From Candidatus Magasanikiibacteriota bacterium (lineage in GTDB: Bacteria; Patescibacteriota; Patescibacteriia; Magasanikbacterales; UBA922), in assembly GCA_021648085.1 (NCBI GenBank), contig JAKITS010000001.1, forward strand, positions 324,948-388,947: a stretch of 64,000 nt of DNA, written 5' to 3'. The position numbers and the translations under genes are program-made. The notes under the pieces are model-generated. The model had not been told where the DNA came from. It ran no database searches and saw only the letters and a list, made by a program, of their open reading frames with translations. Below are positions 21,630 to 30,956 of this stretch, in pieces; positions within the stretch are counted from its first letter, which is position 1, and each line of letters opens with the position of its first letter.

Positions 21630-21788
21630 AATTGAATTTAATTTTTTATATACAAAACGATAATAGTTTACAAAATTTCAAGCCACAAGTCAAGGGTTTT
21701 TGTAAAGTTATATTTATAATCTTGACTTTTTAGCTATTTTGTGATAGTTTTGAGTCGTAGCTCATTTCAATTTGTATTAGGAGGAGAA

Positions 21789-21974
21789 ATGAAAAATAGT
21801 AGAAAAAGTTCTGATACTTTTGTTTTTATTGGTGTTTTTCTTTTTGTTTTATCTTTTGTTTTAATTATTTTTTCAAGTAGTTTTTTTGTAAAGCTAGTAG
21901 CATTTATGGGGGCAGTTTCTATGTTGATGGCTGTTTTTGTGGATCAACCAACCATAAAGAACTCAAGAAAATGA
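21789..21974 (+). CDS. Orphan 2-TM protein (61 aa)
   Basis: SD AGGAGG before ATG at 21789; promoter TTGACT at 21722; boxA-like GCTCATTTCAA at 21760. Confidence 0.7.
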   Translation: MKNSRKSSDTFVFIGVFLFVLSFVLIIFSSSFFVKLVAFMGAVSMLMAVFVDQPTIKNSRK

Positions 21975-22480
21975 ATAAAGAAAAAATATTCCGATTATCA
22001 ACTTTTTGTTTTTACATAGGTTTAATTTTAGTTTTGGTAGCTTTAATATCAACCTCACGAATAGAATCAAATATTGTTTTGTTTATTTTTATCCCAATTG
22101 GAATAATTTTTTTTATTATTTCTGCCTTCTTTTTTGAAAAAACAGAGACAGAATATCAAAGAAAAATAAGTTGTCTAAAAAATAAAACTGAACCATTTAA
22201 ACCTTTTATTGATGAAGAAGTTTTAATTACAAAATGTCCAAAAGAATTTAAAACTCCAAACAAATGGACGCTTTTAACCATACGGATAATAGAAACTGGT
22301 TTTTTAGATAGCCTAGAAGATATTAGAAATTGGAATTTTAGAACAACAGATGACTTTTGGAAGAAAGCATATATTAAAAAACTATTAATTATTTCAAACT
22401 CGAAGCATTTAGAAAAAAAAGATAAGGTAGCAATTATAAGTTGGAAGCTGTCTTTAATTTTAAATGAGCCTCCTGAATAA
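21971..22480 (+). CDS. Orphan protein with two N-terminal TMs (169 aa)
   Basis: ATGA-coupled to the upstream ORF; followed by terminator aaaactgtcct/aggacagtttt. Confidence 0.7.
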   Translation: MNKEKIFRLSTFCFYIGLILVLVALISTSRIESNIVLFIFIPIGIIFFIISAFFFEKTETEYQRKISCLKNKTEPFKPFIDEEVLITKCPKEFKTPNKWTLLTIRIIETGFLDSLEDIRNWNFRTTDDFWKKAYIKKLLIISNSKHLEKKDKVAIISWKLSLILNEPPE

Positions 22481-22519
22481 AAATATAAAACTGTCCTAAA
22501 ATAGGACAGTTTTATTATT

Positions 22520-22924
22520 TTATTTTAAACCATTTTCTTTGAAACATTTTACATATTTCTTATCCTCTTTATCCAAGTGGATGAGTAGCCAATCTATCAA
22601 ATGTTTTACTAATTTGTGTGTAACTTTTATTTTATTTTCGATATTTTCTTTTTTTAAATCTTGAATTTCTTTTATAAACTTATCGTGATATTTTTTATGA
22701 ATTTTTGCATTTTTATAGTGAAACTTATCAAAATAATCTTCTTCTGTTTTAAAATGAAATTTTATATGTTCTAAAACCTCCTCAAACATCCCAGAGATTA
22801 AATCCTTGGATTTTGGGATATCCACAGTATCATTAAATCTATTTACAATTTCTACAAATTTTTTATGCTGTTCATCTATAATATCAATCCCCAAACTATA
22901 TTCTTTCTTCCAAAAAAATGACAT
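22520..22924 (-). CDS. Bacteriohemerythrin
   Basis: W..EYSLG, IDEQH, HFKTEE, HKKYH, HLDKED iron-ligand pattern. Confidence 0.9.
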   Translation of the reverse strand: MSFFWKKEYSLGIDIIDEQHKKFVEIVNRFNDTVDIPKSKDLISGMFEEVLEHIKFHFKTEEDYFDKFHYKNAKIHKKYHDKFIKEIQDLKKENIENKIKVTHKLVKHLIDWLLIHLDKEDKKYVKCFKENGLK

Positions 22925-23021
22925 AATTTATATACTTATTTTTAATAATTTAAATTATATAACAAAATATAAAATTATACTAAAAATAAAAAGTCCTTCT
23001 CAGGACTTTTTATTTTTAAAT

Positions 23022-26000
23022 TTATTTATTTCTTTTAAATCTATAAACTATTTTTCTACGAATTCTTTTGAAGCTTTCTGCTCCAGACTCAACCCATTGG
23101 TATAGAATTGGAGTCATAAACAATGATAATATTGCTGAAGACAAAATTCCAAATATAATAGACGCTGCCAATCCTTTCCAGAATGGAGATAAGAATACAA
23201 GTGGCGCCAAACTTCCAAGTGCAGTAAGTTGTGTTAAAATAATAGGTCTAAACCTTACAGTCACTGCAGTAGAAATAGCTTCTGCTGTACTCTTCCCTGT
23301 TCTCTTCAGTTGGTTTGCATAATCAATAAGCAAAATGGTCACATTTACCACAATTCCTGCCATTGTGACAACACCAAGCAACTCCAAAAATCCAAGCTGT
23401 CCAGTTGTAATCCAAAGTGCAAAGAATACTCCAACCAATCCAAGTGGAATCGCAAACAAAATGATAAATGGTTTTATATAAGACTTGAAAAATCCAACTA
23501 ACAAAACATAAATCATAAATATTGCAATCGCCAAAGCAACAAGCAAATCTGTAAAGGATTGTGTAATAGAATCTGCAGTTCCTTCATAATTAAGTGCATC
23601 TTCACTCAACCCCAACTCTTCCAATTTTTCTTTTGATAGATAATCTTCCAAATCATTTTGGATTTTTCCAGAATCACCACCATCTTTTACAGATGCATAA
23701 ACTTCTACATATCTATCGCCGTTCACACGCTGAATCGTAGTTGATTCTTTATTTTCTTTTTCAGAAATAATATCTGCCACAGTCACAACTTCTGGTTTTT
23801 CTACAAACCTCTCTGGATTTTGAATTCCTTGTACTCTCATTTTAGTCAAGGTTTGTTCATAAATCACTTCTTCCATTGTTGGAACTGGAATATCTAGTAA
23901 ATCCTGTTCAGAAACAATCTCTGGTGTAATCTTTGAAATAATCTCATAATTCTTACCGTTCAATTCAATATCACCCAATTCATTTTCAGCCAAACGCTCA
24001 TTTAGTGAAGAATAGATCAAAAATGGATTTTGTGCATTTTTATTTTCAACATCCAAGACGAGTGTAATTGCTCCACCAGAACTTCCTTCTGAAACATTAT
24101 CTTCCACGCGTTCAATATCTTCTATTCCACTCAAATATGCTTTAATATCTTCTACTGCTATCATCAAAGATTCGGTCTCATCCCCCATCAATCTTACACG
24201 AATTGGAAATGAATCTTGCGGAGGACCTTCGCCATTTGTAGAAGCTTTAATATCCGCATCCAGATTTAATTCTTCAAAAGAATTATTCATAAACTCTGCA
24301 ACTTCGTCCGAAGTTCGCATTTCTTTATCAGCTCTTTCATTTATTGATAGTAATTGCGCTAGTATTACAAATGAATTTCCATTTTGTTGATAAAAACTAA
24401 AATTCTCTATTTCTGGAGTATTTTTCAAAACATCTTGAACCGGAACAACAATATCATAAACAGCCTTTTCAAAAGACCATTCATTTGAAATGTCACCTTC
24501 TATCAAAAGAAATACAGCATCTTTGGATGAAGAAAACTGCACAACCTCAATAGCACCTGTTTTTATAAGTACTCCACCAGAAATAAACGGGAGAGATAGA
24601 ATTGTAAAAAATAAGACTATTCTTAGCACAAACCTTGGTTTTGTCTTACCCAAAAGCCATTTTATACTTTTGCCAATCCACTGCCCAACCTTCCATGTTC
24701 CTATAATTTCACTATCAATCCCTTCTACATTTACTATACTGCGTTTTTTGAATATTCTTGCCGCAAGCGATGTAAAAAATATTGCTGGAATTACCATAGA
24801 AGCAACCATTGCCGGAATAACAGTTGCTGGAATATATTTGATAATTTCACCAAAAAATCCAGAAACAATACCAAACGGTACAAAAACTAAGATATTTGTA
24901 GAAACTGCCAAAAACACACCAGATCCTACAGTATTCCAAGTCTTTGCAGCAGATTCACGAGCTGAAAAACCCTGATCTTTGAAGCGTTGCAGTGACTCCA
25001 AAAATACAATACTTGGGTCTATCACAAGTCCAATAGTCAATACCATTGAAAATAAAACCAAAGTATTCATCTCAATTCCAACAGAATTTAAATAAATAAA
25101 AGAGAAAAATAATGAAAGTGGAATGGACGCTGCAGCAAGCAATGCTACACGCAAATTCATAAACAAAAGCAAAAGTAACACTACAAATGCAAGCCCACCA
25201 AACATATAACCCAAAAATCCAAGCTTTCCCCAACCATCTATATTCCCACCAAAAATACTCTGTGTAATCTCCTCAATTTGACGACGAGTATCGTCTGCTT
25301 GATTATAAAGCATCACATATTTTCCAAATTCCTCCTCATTTAGCTCTGCCAAAACAATTCTGATACTATCGTCTAAATCCAAAATATCTGCCCCGCTTTC
25401 CATTTTTATAGCATAAACCAAAGAACGCTCCACGCTTAATTTTTCTTTATTTTCCTCTCTAAATCCAGTACGGTTATAAAAATCATTATTGTTTAATGTT
25501 GTGCTAATTTCTGCGATATCTGCCAAAACAATACCCTCTCCAACAACAAAATTTTTCACATCATCCAGAGTCGAAATACTCTTTTCCAATATAATACTAA
25601 CAGACTCATCGTCTCCATTAAAAGAGCCTGCTGGAGCTTTAAATTCTGCCATGGCCAATGCATCTTCTACTTGCTTACGAGAAAGACCTTTTTCAACCAA
25701 CCTATCGTTATCAAAAGAAATTACTACCTGAGGTGTCAATTCATTTTGAACATTTACCTCCTTTACACCATCTAATTTTTGCAATATACTTTGCAATTCA
25801 TTTCCTTTACTATATAGTTCCCACTCATCTCCATAGCCTGTAATTCCAAGCAAAAACTCTCCAGGACCTGCTACAGAAAATTTATTCACCACAGGATCTT
25901 TTGCACCTTCTGGCAATTTTACTCCTGCCATTTTTGTATTCAAATCTGCAATTGCGTCATTTACATCTGCTTTTGCATCAAATGTCACAATCGCTGTACC

Positions 26001-26282
26001 AAAAGAATTTCCAGCAATAGTTTTATATTCCTCCACATCCTCCATTTCTTTTAAAGTATTCTCCAATGGAATCAAAACCTCTTTTTCCACCTGCGTTTCA
26101 CTTGCGTTTGGGTATACTACATTTACACTAGCAATATTTACATTCACATCTGGAAATCCTTGTTTTTGCATTTGTGAAACAGAAATTCCGCCAAATACAA
26201 CTAAGAATACAAATACCAAAAAAAGTATTTTTCCATTATTAAATAGAATATCTATAAATTTATTTTTTACATTTTCAGGCAT
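23022..26282 (-). CDS. RND-family (AcrB/AcrD/AcrF-type) transporter permease
   Basis: FPDVN, YPNAS..QVE, IPLS, GLVID, RFRPIILT, APL; 1086 aa. Confidence 0.9.
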   Translation of the reverse strand: MPENVKNKFIDILFNNGKILFLVFVFLVVFGGISVSQMQKQGFPDVNVNIASVNVVYPNASETQVEKEVLIPLENTLKEMEDVEEYKTIAGNSFGTAIVTFDAKADVNDAIADLNTKMAGVKLPEGAKDPVVNKFSVAGPGEFLLGITGYGDEWELYSKGNELQSILQKLDGVKEVNVQNELTPQVVISFDNDRLVEKGLSRKQVEDALAMAEFKAPAGSFNGDDESVSIILEKSISTLDDVKNFVVGEGIVLADIAEISTTLNNNDFYNRTGFREENKEKLSVERSLVYAIKMESGADILDLDDSIRIVLAELNEEEFGKYVMLYNQADDTRRQIEEITQSIFGGNIDGWGKLGFLGYMFGGLAFVVLLLLLFMNLRVALLAAASIPLSLFFSFIYLNSVGIEMNTLVLFSMVLTIGLVIDPSIVFLESLQRFKDQGFSARESAAKTWNTVGSGVFLAVSTNILVFVPFGIVSGFFGEIIKYIPATVIPAMVASMVIPAIFFTSLAARIFKKRSIVNVEGIDSEIIGTWKVGQWIGKSIKWLLGKTKPRFVLRIVLFFTILSLPFISGGVLIKTGAIEVVQFSSSKDAVFLLIEGDISNEWSFEKAVYDIVVPVQDVLKNTPEIENFSFYQQNGNSFVILAQLLSINERADKEMRTSDEVAEFMNNSFEELNLDADIKASTNGEGPPQDSFPIRVRLMGDETESLMIAVEDIKAYLSGIEDIERVEDNVSEGSSGGAITLVLDVENKNAQNPFLIYSSLNERLAENELGDIELNGKNYEIISKITPEIVSEQDLLDIPVPTMEEVIYEQTLTKMRVQGIQNPERFVEKPEVVTVADIISEKENKESTTIQRVNGDRYVEVYASVKDGGDSGKIQNDLEDYLSKEKLEELGLSEDALNYEGTADSITQSFTDLLVALAIAIFMIYVLLVGFFKSYIKPFIILFAIPLGLVGVFFALWITTGQLGFLELLGVVTMAGIVVNVTILLIDYANQLKRTGKSTAEAISTAVTVRFRPIILTQLTALGSLAPLVFLSPFWKGLAASIIFGILSSAILSLFMTPILYQWVESGAESFKRIRRKIVYRFKRNK

Positions 26283-26444
26283 AAAATTTTTTTAAAAATT
26301 ATATTCAAATCTACTTTTTTAATTACAAATTTGTTATTTTAAGAATTTTTTATAATACATTATTTTTAGCTTTTAGTCAAGTAAAAAATCTATTATAAAT
26401 AAAAAACTACTGATATTTCCAGTAGTTTTTTATTTACTCTATTT

Positions 26445-26564
26445 TTAATTTTTGCGTTTTTTAATTTTCACGCTTTTTCTAGGTTTCAATTTCTTTTTCA
26501 ATCTTTTTCCTATTGTTGTATTTTTCTGTGAGTGTTTAATTCTAGATTTTAGTGCACTATTCAT
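26445..26564 (-). CDS. Small Lys/Arg-rich peptide (39 aa), absent from the ORF track
   Basis: MNSALKSRIKHSQKNTTIGKRLKKKLKPRKSVKIKKRKN*; own promoter TTGCTT-17-TATAAT (26621-26593) and terminator (26400-26431). Confidence 0.6.
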   Translation of the reverse strand: MNSALKSRIKHSQKNTTIGKRLKKKLKPRKSVKIKKRKN

Positions 26565-26663
26565 AAATTTTATTTAAACTTAATATTCTACAATTATACA
26601 CAATTCCTTATAAAAAAGCAAGTGTTCAAGCTCTTCTTTTAATTTATTATAATTATTTCGATA

Positions 26664-27569
26664 TTAAGAAGATTTTTTACCTTTTAACTTTTTAAGTTCT
26701 TTTTTTAAATCCACCATTTTCATCTCTCTTTCTGATATAAGTTTTTCTATTTTTTTAGATTTAATTTTATCCTTTTTCTTTCTTTTTTTATCTTTTTCTT
26801 TTTTTGTAATATCCTCAAAAATTGTCACAAACTTGTCTTTTCCAACTTTATAGGCTGATATAGAATAATGCCTCCCAAGCTCTTTACTAAATTGATCGAA
26901 TTTTATACTTTTACCAGATGAGATAACCTTTCCATAAATTTTTATAAAATTAGAATTTCTTATACCAGGTATCACATCTGTTACTTTTTTATTTAATACC
27001 TCATCTTTCTTCAGTCCTGTTAATTTTTCAAAAGCTGGGTTAATACCTAAAAAAATATAATCTTTAGGTCTATTGTGTTTATTGAATAGCATTTTATGAA
27101 ATGCTATTCCAAAAGGAGAATTTTCTACCAAAAGCTTATTATATTTATTATTTTTTGCTAATTCTTTTTCTATCTTTTTTCTTTTTGAAATATCTCGCAC
27201 TGTCGCCTGAAGAGCTGGCTCGCCTTTAATTTTTAAGCGACTTAACAAAACCTCTGCTGGAAAATTCTTTCCACTTGATGTTTTATGCACCCACTCAAAA
27301 AACTGTCTTCCCTCGTCAAATGCTTTTTTAATATATTTGTTTGCTTTTTCAAAAGAATTTTTACCGTCTGGCTGTTTTGCTGGAGACAAATCTGACGGAT
27401 GTGTTTTTACAAACTCTTCTACTGAGTCTATTTCAAATAAATCTAATGTTGTCTTATTACAATCAAAAAAACCTTTTTTATTCAAAAGCATTATTGCATC
27501 TCTTGAAGTTTCAAACAGGGATTTGTAATTTACTTGTTTTCTAAGTTTTTTATGAGATCGTTCTTTCAT
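26664..27569 (-). CDS. Tandem PAS-domain protein without an output domain
   Basis: YKSLFETSRDAI, SPAKQPDG, FEWVH...VRDISKRK; second PAS DYIFLGINPAFEKLTG...FEDIT; C-terminal REMKMVDLK coil. Confidence 0.85.
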   Translation of the reverse strand: MKERSHKKLRKQVNYKSLFETSRDAIMLLNKKGFFDCNKTTLDLFEIDSVEEFVKTHPSDLSPAKQPDGKNSFEKANKYIKKAFDEGRQFFEWVHKTSSGKNFPAEVLLSRLKIKGEPALQATVRDISKRKKIEKELAKNNKYNKLLVENSPFGIAFHKMLFNKHNRPKDYIFLGINPAFEKLTGLKKDEVLNKKVTDVIPGIRNSNFIKIYGKVISSGKSIKFDQFSKELGRHYSISAYKVGKDKFVTIFEDITKKEKDKKRKKKDKIKSKKIEKLISEREMKMVDLKKELKKLKGKKSS

Positions 27570-27659
27570 AATTTATTTTAATTAATCTTTTAATCTTATA
27601 ATATCACAATTAACAAAATTGAGTAAATAAAAAGTAACACATATTAGGTTACTTTTTCG

Positions 27660-28120
27660 CTCGACGGGTCGGATTCGAACCGACGACCAATTGGTTACAC
27701 TCTACCCTCTGTTCCCAGAAGAAGTGGACTATATTATCACCCTCGCCTAAACCGCGTAAATCGCGGACGTTAGGGTGCGAAGCGCTTCCCAACAAATTGC
27801 AAACAATCTGTAAGTACTCCCGTAAAGGGATAGTCTCTGAACCTTCCGAATATAAGTCCTTATTACACAGACTATGCAAAACACATAAAGTGTACATATT
27901 CCTTTTTGTAATCTTTGGACTATACAAGGCTTGGCTGCTGATTGCCCTTGATATAGGGAACTGTTATTAAATACCATTTCTATTAAAAGCGTATTTAATG
28001 ACAGTTCCCAATTCATCGATTGGGTTTCCAGCAATTCACTTCGTTATTCACCTTGATGTTTCCACCAAGGGCTGCATTTTATATATACAGCCAACTGCTC
28101 TACCACTGAGCTACCGTCGA
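27660..28120 (-). tRNA. tRNA-Asn(GUU) interrupted by an intron (exons 28120-28087 and 27697-27660)
   Basis: Joined exons: TCGACGG TA GCTC AGTGGTA GAGC A GTTGG CT GT^T AA CCAAT TGGTC GTCGG TTCGAAT CCGAC CCGTCGA G. G73 discriminator; CCA not encoded. Confidence 0.93.
27698..28086 (-). mobile_element. Group I self-splicing intron (389 nt, IA-like, no homing endonuclease)
   Basis: P1 GGCUGU/GCAGCC with U.G at the 5' splice site; P2 CCUUGGUG-GAAA-CAUCAAGG; P AAUUGCUGGAAA; Q AAUCAGCAG; R GUUCAGAGACUA; S AAUAUAGUCC; P3 CGAAGUG/CGCUUCG; P7.1/P7.2; terminal omega-G at 27698. Confidence 0.93.
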
Positions 28121-28165
28121 ATATTGGAACCTGAAAGATTCCTTTTGTAAAAATTACACCCCATC

Positions 28166-28194
28166 ATTATATACCATTCTTCAAAAAAAAGCAA
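28166..28194 (-). promoter_or_regulatory. Promoter of tRNA-Asn
   Basis: TTGCTT-17-TATAAT. Confidence 0.75.
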
Positions 28195-28406
28195 GTGTTT
28201 TCAAGGATTAAAAAAAGAGCCTTTGAAAAAGCTCTTTAAATTCTTAATTATGATTACGATTTACATTGTTTACACTTTTTACAAAAATAATATTGAAAAA
28301 TAAATATATTTTTAGTAATAAAAGTATAATTTAAAACTTTTTCTTTCTTTTTTATTTAATTCTAACTTTCAACTTTAAAAACTTTATAGACTTTTCAACT
28401 TCTTCT

Positions 28407-28493
28407 GCCATCCTTAGCTTGACTAAAAATCCAGGGTTTAACTCAACATTCATTTACTAAAGACTCTGGATTCCCGATCAAGTCGGGAATGAC
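28407..28493. repeat. REP-like palindrome family A, copy 1
   Basis: ...ATCCAGGGTTT ... AGACTCTGGATTCCCGATCAAGTCGGGAATGAC; relatives at 42946 and 55953. Confidence 0.7.
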
Positions 28494-28505
28494 ATAAAGC
28501 AAATA

Positions 28506-28626
28506 CGTCATATTGAGCGAAGTGAAACGGAGTCGAAATATCTCGAAACCATATCACCAAAACTATGAATATTTAAAGTTCTTATTAAATTATCTCGAGA
28601 TCCCCCTACTGTCGCTCAGGATGGCG
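28506..28626. repeat. REP-like palindrome family B, copy 1
   Basis: CGTCATATTGAGC ... GCTCAGGATGGCG; shares exact GGAGTCGAAATATCTCGA and AACTATGAATATTTAAAGTTCT with 41814-41933. Confidence 0.8.
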
Positions 28627-28670
28627 TCTATATTTTCTAACTTTCTACTTTTCTAACTTCATTAACTTTT

Positions 28671-30869
28671 CTAATCAAGCTTCCTCCTTTTCAAAAGTAA
28701 AGAATTCAAAACAACAGAAATACTACTCATGGCCATCGCAAGCCCAGCATATTCTGCTTTCAAAAGTCCTAGTGCGGCAATTGGAATTCCCACACTATTA
28801 TAAAACAATGCCCAAAACATATTTTGTCTTATTTTACTCATAGTCATCCTACTCAGACGAATTGCCTTCACAGCATCCAAAATATCATTTTTCACCAACA
28901 CGATATCTCCAGATTCTATTGCCACATCTGTACCGCTACTCATAGCAATTCCAAGATCTGCTTGAGCCAAAGCCGGCGCGTCATTTATCCCATCTCCAAC
29001 CATTGCAACAAGCTCGCCTTTTTCTTGAATTTTCTTTATTTCTCCTGCTTTTTCTTCGGGCATTATTTCTGCCAAAACTTTGTCTATCCCAACTTTTTTT
29101 GCTATTGCTTCAGCTGTTTTCTTGTTATCTCCCGTCATTATTACACTTTTTATACCCATTTTATGTAGAAGTTTCAAAGCCTTTTTAGATGTTTTCTTCA
29201 CTGTATCTGCCACCGCCACCAAACCAATTACTTCTTTTTCTACTCCCACTATCATTACTGTTTTTCCCTCGCCTTCCAACTTGCTTTTTTTATTTTTCAG
29301 ATGAGATTCAAACTTTATACCATTTTTTTGCATAAATTTTTCAGTCCCCACATAAACTTCTTTTTTATCTATTACTCCACAAATTCCACTTCCTGGCACA
29401 GCTCTAAATTTACTCACCTCACTCAATTTAATTTTATCTTCTGCTGCTTTTTTCAATATAGCATCTGCCAAAGAATGCTCAGAATTTTTTTCCAAAGATG
29501 CAGACAAGCTCAACAATTCGGTTTTCTTTATTTCTTTTTTCGCAATAACCAAATTGGTCACAACAGGTTTTCCTTTGGTCAAAGTTCCAGTTTTATCAAA
29601 AACAACAGTTTTTACTTTTCCCGCAATTTCCAAGGCTTCACCTGTTTTTATCAAAATTCCATTTTCAGCACCTTTGCCAGTTCCCACTATAATTGCAGTA
29701 GGCGTCGCCAAACCAAGCGCGCATGGACAAGCTATAACAAGCACGGCGGTAAACGCAAGAAGTGCTGAAACGAAAGTAGAGCCGACTACAAAAAACCAAA
29801 CCACAAATGTCACAATCGCAATCACAACAACCGTTGGAACAAAATAGCTAGAGATTTTGTCGGCATATTTTTGAATTGGAGCTTTTGAACCTTGTGCCTC
29901 TTCTACCACTTTTATAATATGCGACAAAACTGTGTCTGCCCCAACTTTTTCTGCTTTAAATGTAAAACTTCCATTTTTGTTTATTGTTGCACCAATTACA
30001 TCACTTCCCTTCTTTTTGTCCACTGGAATACTTTCTCCAGAAATCATAGACTCATCTACTGCAGATCGTCCGTTCAAAACAACACCATCAACAGGAATTT
30101 TTTCACCGGGACGAATTACTATAGTATCCCCTACTTTTACACTTTCTATTTTAACCTCTACTTCTTTTCCATTTTTCAAAATCCTCGCAGTTTTTGCCTG
30201 CAAACCAATCAATTTTTTTATAGCGTCTCCTGCTTTTCCTTTTACCCTAGCTTCTAGCCATTTTCCCAAAACTATAAAAGTTATAAGCAAAGCTGAAGTC
30301 TCAAAAAACACCTCTCCACCCAAAATATAAGTAGATGCTAAACTATAAAAATATGCTGCACTCGTCCCAACTGCAACCAAAGTATCCATATTTGCAGTTT
30401 TGTTGCGCGTTGCATAATACATTCCTCTATAAAATCTGTAACCTATTCCAAATTGAATTATTCCTGCGAGCACAGATTGAACGACTAAACTTCCAAAAGA
30501 TTTGTTCATCAAAAACATACTCAAAATCAAAACAGGCAATGCCAAAAATGCACTTAGTAAAAATAAGTTGCGCTCTTTTTTTATTTCTTTTTTGGTATCA
30601 ATTTTTGAATGGTTGTGGTTATTAATATTTAAACCTTCTTCACCTTTCTTTTTTGATACCACCCCAACCATCTTATATCCACTTTTCTTTATTACCCTCT
30701 CTACTTCACTTGCATCCAAATCACCCTCTATTGTCGCTTTTTGTGTAGCATAATTTACATTCGCACGTTTTACACCTTTTAATTTTGATAAGTTTTTTTC
30801 TATTGTTATCGCACAAGACGCGCAGTGCATCCCTTCTATTCCATACTGTTTAATTTCTTTTTTATCCAT
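28671..30869 (-). CDS. copA: Copper-translocating P1B-type ATPase
   Basis: GMHCASC HMA domain, SGES, ACPCALGLATP, DKTGTLT, GDGINDAP, YN in TM7, MAMSS in TM8. Confidence 0.93.
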   Translation of the reverse strand: MDKKEIKQYGIEGMHCASCAITIEKNLSKLKGVKRANVNYATQKATIEGDLDASEVERVIKKSGYKMVGVVSKKKGEEGLNINNHNHSKIDTKKEIKKERNLFLLSAFLALPVLILSMFLMNKSFGSLVVQSVLAGIIQFGIGYRFYRGMYYATRNKTANMDTLVAVGTSAAYFYSLASTYILGGEVFFETSALLITFIVLGKWLEARVKGKAGDAIKKLIGLQAKTARILKNGKEVEVKIESVKVGDTIVIRPGEKIPVDGVVLNGRSAVDESMISGESIPVDKKKGSDVIGATINKNGSFTFKAEKVGADTVLSHIIKVVEEAQGSKAPIQKYADKISSYFVPTVVVIAIVTFVVWFFVVGSTFVSALLAFTAVLVIACPCALGLATPTAIIVGTGKGAENGILIKTGEALEIAGKVKTVVFDKTGTLTKGKPVVTNLVIAKKEIKKTELLSLSASLEKNSEHSLADAILKKAAEDKIKLSEVSKFRAVPGSGICGVIDKKEVYVGTEKFMQKNGIKFESHLKNKKSKLEGEGKTVMIVGVEKEVIGLVAVADTVKKTSKKALKLLHKMGIKSVIMTGDNKKTAEAIAKKVGIDKVLAEIMPEEKAGEIKKIQEKGELVAMVGDGINDAPALAQADLGIAMSSGTDVAIESGDIVLVKNDILDAVKAIRLSRMTMSKIRQNMFWALFYNSVGIPIAALGLLKAEYAGLAMAMSSISVVLNSLLLKRRKLD

Positions 30870-30890
30870 ATACTTCTAAATTACTAAATA

Positions 30891-30950
30891 TTTTACACAA
30901 TACCCACTTATTATAACATTTTTCAAGTTTTATGCGGGTATTGTGCAAAA
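30891..30950. promoter_or_regulatory. 15-bp inverted repeat bracketing the putative copA promoter
   Basis: TTTTACACAATACCC ...30 nt... GGGTATTGTGCAAAA; TGnTATAAT on the minus strand between the arms. Confidence 0.5.
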
Positions 30951-30956
30951 TCTAAA

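Noticed and set aside
27649-28034. ORFs of 92 and 95 aa inside the intron as homing endonucleases
   Set aside because: No LAGLIDADG, GIY-YIG or HNH motif; they run through ribozyme core elements and the tRNA exon.
28254-28330. Minus-strand YYFCKKCKQCKS as a second Cys-rich peptide
   Set aside because: No in-frame ATG or SD found upstream; AT-rich context.
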